From the NCBI GenBank assembly GCA_963706575.1, contig CAVPNL010000006.1:352001-416000 (forward strand): a stretch of DNA of 64,000 nucleotides. The letters run 5' to 3'. The first letter of the stretch is position 1, and every line of letters begins with the position of its first letter. This DNA is from an uncultured delta proteobacterium. Its GTDB lineage: Bacteria > Desulfobacterota > Desulfobacteria > Desulfobacterales > JAHEIW01. The position numbers were made by a program, and so were the translations under genes. The notes under the pieces are model-generated. The model made no database searches, was not told where the DNA came from, and saw only the letters and a program-made list of their open reading frames with translations. Below are positions 60,221-64,000 of the stretch, piece by piece.

Positions 60221-61916
60221 TTACCATTCGATCCTTCCGGGAACGAAGATGTAATTTTCCACCGGTTGCTCGCTGAGCCTAGCGCTCGGCTCTTTTTGCG
60301 GTACTATTGTCAGGACAATTTTTTCGATATTCTGCAGAAATTTTTTTTTCTTTACTGTTTGAGGCACTAAAGGTTAAATGGGCGCCCCACATATCTTCAG
60401 TTAACAAATCCATTTCATGTTCGAATCGGTGTGACCCCGTTTTATCTTTGATGGAAAGCCTTATATCCGTTATCCTATTTTTGTTTTGCTCCAGCTGCAA
60501 TAAAGCCCTTTCATCAAGATAGATATGCACTCTATTTTCTTTTTCAAAGATTTGTTGGTACTTCAAATTCAACTGCACCGGTGGCTTGCCGCTGGGTTTT
60601 GATACAAAATAGTTGCTTTGATTGAAATATTTGAACTTGATGTTTTCCAGGCGCTTGATGCGGGCATTGGTTGCATTTTTTACAGGATGATCCAGGCGCA
60701 TGTCCGGATGCAATTTTTCGGTCAATTCGCCAAACTGCAGCTTTTTAATCAAGGATATGAACGCCCGGCGTTCTTTTTTATGAATGTCAAAATAGAGTGC
60801 GACCATCGAATCGGCTTGCTGAACATAATTCAGCTGATAGTCTAACAGCGAATGGGGCGTGCAAGATTCGTTGGTAATTGTCAGATTTAATGCGCCGGAA
60901 ATTCCGCCACCGGCAGGACCGGCCAGAACACCGGCCATGGTAGTCAACATTTTTACGGCATCGGCGGATTCTTCATCTTCCAGGCAGCTGTAATATTTTT
61001 TCAAACTGTGCCTTTGTTCGATGTGAGCGATTGCATAAACCAGAAGCGCTTCAAGTTCGTCGTCGTTATCGAGTGAATCAAAAAGGGCGGTGGAGATGAT
61101 AATTTCACCGGCCGGAAGCGAAAAAGCATTTATTGTAGGGCTTTCGGCCAAATAAAAGGCATAATCATATCCCAGAACTTCAGTAGGCCAGTTTTCAAGT
61201 ATTTTTTCCCCAAGCGCTGACAGATGTGTCTGCTTTTCGGAGTTCTTTCCAATGAAATCGTAATCGCGGAGTCGCATGGCCCACTCTTTGGCAATAGCCT
61301 TTTCCACCGCCAATTCAGGCAGGAATAACATTTTTTTAAAACAGAACGCGCTGGGTCGATAGCCCTGCTTTTCAGCCTCTTCGAGTTTCATCCTGGCCGC
61401 ATGGCTCGGATCAGAAAAATGATTACAGGACCACAGGTGGTAAAGCTTGCTTGCAGGATCCAAGATGACATTCTGATGATTTTCATCACCTAAACTCTCG
61501 AGCAAAATTTTTTGAATATCTTGATCGGTTGTTTGCTTGAGGAGATTTGCGTTAAATGAAAATTTAACGGTTCCGGTTCCCAGGATATGATGGGATAGCT
61601 CGAGGGTGATCTCCGATTCTTCGATGGTGACATCGATGATTCTGGCAGTCAGTTTTTTACTCTGGAAAAATATCTTGCTGATCGTTTTTTCATAAAAATA
61701 TTCGATTCCCCGGAATCTTCCAAATCCGAAATTTAATTTGTTTAGCTGGGGCATTATCACCAGTTCTTTGTTCAAAACATGGCTTTTAAATTGGTCTTTT
61801 GATTTTTTGTCAAAAAAGACATCCGCCCCATCCTTGCTGAATGCCGATGAGCTCCAGGTGGCGGTCAAAATGATTACAAAAAACCAAGGGTAAAATTTTT
61901 GATATATGCTTTGCAC
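60221..61916 (-). CDS. Exported protein with an Ada-like metal-binding module and a degenerate M48-peptidase domain; +1 frameshift near the 3' end
   Basis: SKLYHLWSC...EAEKQGYRPSAFC; INAFSLPAGEI...DELEALLVYAIAH; the ORF as given ends at 60279, and removing one A from the A9 run extends it to TAA at 60221. Confidence 0.65.
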
Positions 61917-61955
61917 AATTTCAACTCCTGTTTCTAATAAGAAGACCGTGATGCT

Positions 61956-62462
61956 TTAGATAGCCAGCTCAATGCCTTCTTTTTTAAATCGATTATTGAC
62001 CTTTTTTTTAATCAAAGGGGTAAGGGATTTCCACCAATCTTGTGCCAGCAACATGCTCTCCTGAAGAATGAGCGGCCAGACCTTGATTGTTTTCTGGCCT
62101 AATTCTGTCTGATAAAATTTCAGTAACGCCTTTATTTCCTTATGATTGAAGTGTTTGGCATATATCGGAACAACCATATCGAGGAAACCGCCCTTGGTGG
62201 TCATATGTTCATCGACAACTTTGTTTATCTCCTCACTCAGGATTCGATACGTTTTAGCCGGCAAATCCGGCCGTGAAGCCTTGATCGTCTGGCTAAATTG
62301 ACGAATGAAGAAATCTGAAGTTTGCCTGGTTACGTCAGGCGGCCCTGTAATCCGTATCAGTTTTTCAATATCGGCTCTTTTGGCCGGGTTTATCCGATCG
62401 GCGACCGCCGGCGTAACCAGCAAACAAAATGTCATGGCCCATGCCATCAGGATTTTTATCAT
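61956..62462 (-). CDS. DUF2059-family exported protein
   Basis: IYAKHFNHKEIKALLKFYQTELGQK motif; signal peptide. Confidence 0.85.
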   Translation of the reverse strand: MIKILMAWAMTFCLLVTPAVADRINPAKRADIEKLIRITGPPDVTRQTSDFFIRQFSQTIKASRPDLPAKTYRILSEEINKVVDEHMTTKGGFLDMVVPIYAKHFNHKEIKALLKFYQTELGQKTIKVWPLILQESMLLAQDWWKSLTPLIKKKVNNRFKKEGIELAI

Positions 62463-62506
62463 AAATGCGCTCCCTTGCGGTATCGCCGGTTTGTATCCCG
62501 GCGAGG

Positions 62507-64000
62507 CTATTGGTTCAATATCTCGCGAGCATGCGCTAAAGTGGTCTGGGTAATTTTTTCACCGCCTAACATTCTGGCGATTTCTTGATAGCGGTCTTCT
62601 AAATCTAACAGGGTAATCGACGTTCGGGTTCTGCCGGCGGAAACTTTCTTGGAAATGCGGAAGTGCTGGCCGGCGAATTTTGCGATTTGAGGCAGGTGGG
62701 TAATACAGATCACCTGGTGACGATCGGCAAGATCAGCAAGTTTTTTGCCGACAACTTCGGCCACGCCGCCGCCGATACCGGCATCGACCTCATCAAAGAC
62801 CACTGTTTCGACCGAATCGGTTTTTGCCAGCAAGGCTTTTAAGGCCAGAATCACCCGTGAAAGCTCACCACCGGATGCAATGCTGGCCAGGGGTTTTAAA
62901 GCTTCTCCCACATTGGGGGCAATTAAAAATGTGGCCCGGTCGATGCCGCTTGCGGTGATTAGGTGGCTTTCGACCGTCAGATGTGGGTCGGTATTTTCAT
63001 CAGCCGGTGTGGTCTCCACCGCCACAGAAAAGTTGGTTTTTGACATCTTTAACGTGGCCAGCTTGGCAATCACCTTTTTGGCAAAACGGTCAGCTGCTTT
63101 TTTACGTTTATGGGATAATTTTAAGGCCAGATCTTTGAGTTCGGCGTGTAGCTGGTCGATATGGGTTTCGGCTTCGGCTATTTTTTCCGCTATATTTTCA
63201 ATGCCGCAAAGCTCATGCTCTATAGATCTGAGTTTTTCAAATACGGCATCCAATGACCCACCGTATTTGCGCTTGAGCTTGTTGAGGGTATCGAGTCTTT
63301 CTTCGACGGCTTCCAGCTGTTTCTCGTCTATTTGAATCGAATTCAGGTAGCTGCGCAATCCCTCAATCAAATCTTCGATCTGGTAGGCGGTATTCTGAAG
63401 GCTTTGCGTTTTTGAATTTAGCTGTGTGTCAATCCGGCTGATTTTGTCCAGATCTTTTTCGACCGCTACCAGTTTTTCCATGACGGAACCCGGTGCACTA
63501 TAAAGCGATTCGATACTGTTATATACCGTCTGATAAAGTTCTGCTGCGTTTTTTAATCGCACCCGTTGTTGCTCAAGATCCTGGTCTTCGCCCTGGACTG
63601 GATTGGTGGTCGTGATTTCTTTTTTTTGAAATTCCAGCAACTCCATGTGTTCCACCTGCCGTTCCTTGATGGTTTTCAATTCTCTTAATTTTTCGAGTTG
63701 CGGAAGCATTTTTTTAAAACAGATGCTGACGGCTTCTCGTAATGGAATCAGCCCACCATATTGGTCTAGAATAGACAGATGCTGTTCTTCTTTTAGCAGC
63801 AGCTGATGGGCATGTTGTCCGGAGATGCTGGCCAGATTTTCGGTGATGGTATTGAGCAACTGGATGGTGGCCATGCGTCCGTTAATGTACACTCTATTGG
63901 TGTCGTGGCGGGAAATAATGCGTCTGATCAGCAAACCTTCGGAAGGCTCATATCCGTGTGCGCTCATTATTTTGGCGACCCGGCTGGAAGCGGCAATTTC
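62507..64000 (-). CDS. recN: DNA repair protein RecN (5' end outside the window)
   Basis: ISGQH, ASGGELSRV, FDEVDAGIGG, ITHLPQIA, EIARMLGG. Confidence 0.96.
   Translation of the reverse strand, partial: EIAASSRVAKIMSAHGYEPSEGLLIRRIISRHDTNRVYINGRMATIQLLNTITENLASISGQHAHQLLLKEEQHLSILDQYGGLIPLREAVSICFKKMLPQLEKLRELKTIKERQVEHMELLEFQKKEITTTNPVQGEDQDLEQQRVRLKNAAELYQTVYNSIESLYSAPGSVMEKLVAVEKDLDKISRIDTQLNSKTQSLQNTAYQIEDLIEGLRSYLNSIQIDEKQLEAVEERLDTLNKLKRKYGGSLDAVFEKLRSIEHELCGIENIAEKIAEAETHIDQLHAELKDLALKLSHKRKKAADRFAKKVIAKLATLKMSKTNFSVAVETTPADENTDPHLTVESHLITASGIDRATFLIAPNVGEALKPLASIASGGELSRVILALKALLAKTDSVETVVFDEVDAGIGGGVAEVVGKKLADLADRHQVICITHLPQIAKFAGQHFRISKKVSAGRTRTSITLLDLEDRYQEIARMLGGEKITQTTLAHAREILNQ

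Overview
Chromosomal window from an anaerobic Desulfobacterota (Desulfobacterales-like) genome, inferred from gene content and the abundance of sigma-54 regulators. It holds about 55 CDS. These include a LivK-type binding protein, a PotABCD-like ABC importer followed by a stand-alone B3/4 protein, a frameshifted AsmA-like gene, comM, DUF4390-ntrY-ntrX, rsmD-coaD, pcm, serS-thrC, a type IV pilus locus (HTH-pilMNOP-pilQ-pilQ plus a convergent TPR pilotin), a second sigma-54 two-component pair, a Fur-FeoA fusion and the 3' part of recN. No rRNA, tRNA or CRISPR array was seen. Three things stand out. (1) 15.7-21.8 kb: a six-gene operon (cytochrome c, Tat-exported MBL-fold enzyme, repeat-built membrane protein, two unknowns, NifX-like protein) behind a near-consensus sigma-54 promoter, divergent from an OrpR-like Cx8Cx3C PAS activator. 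(2) A tandem pilQ duplication with an apparently identical 1.56-kb 5' half but diverged secretin domains. (3) Several families of short inverted-repeat/MITE-like intergenic elements, some nested and some supplying stop codons to genes. All product calls come from motif recognition by eye; no database search was run.
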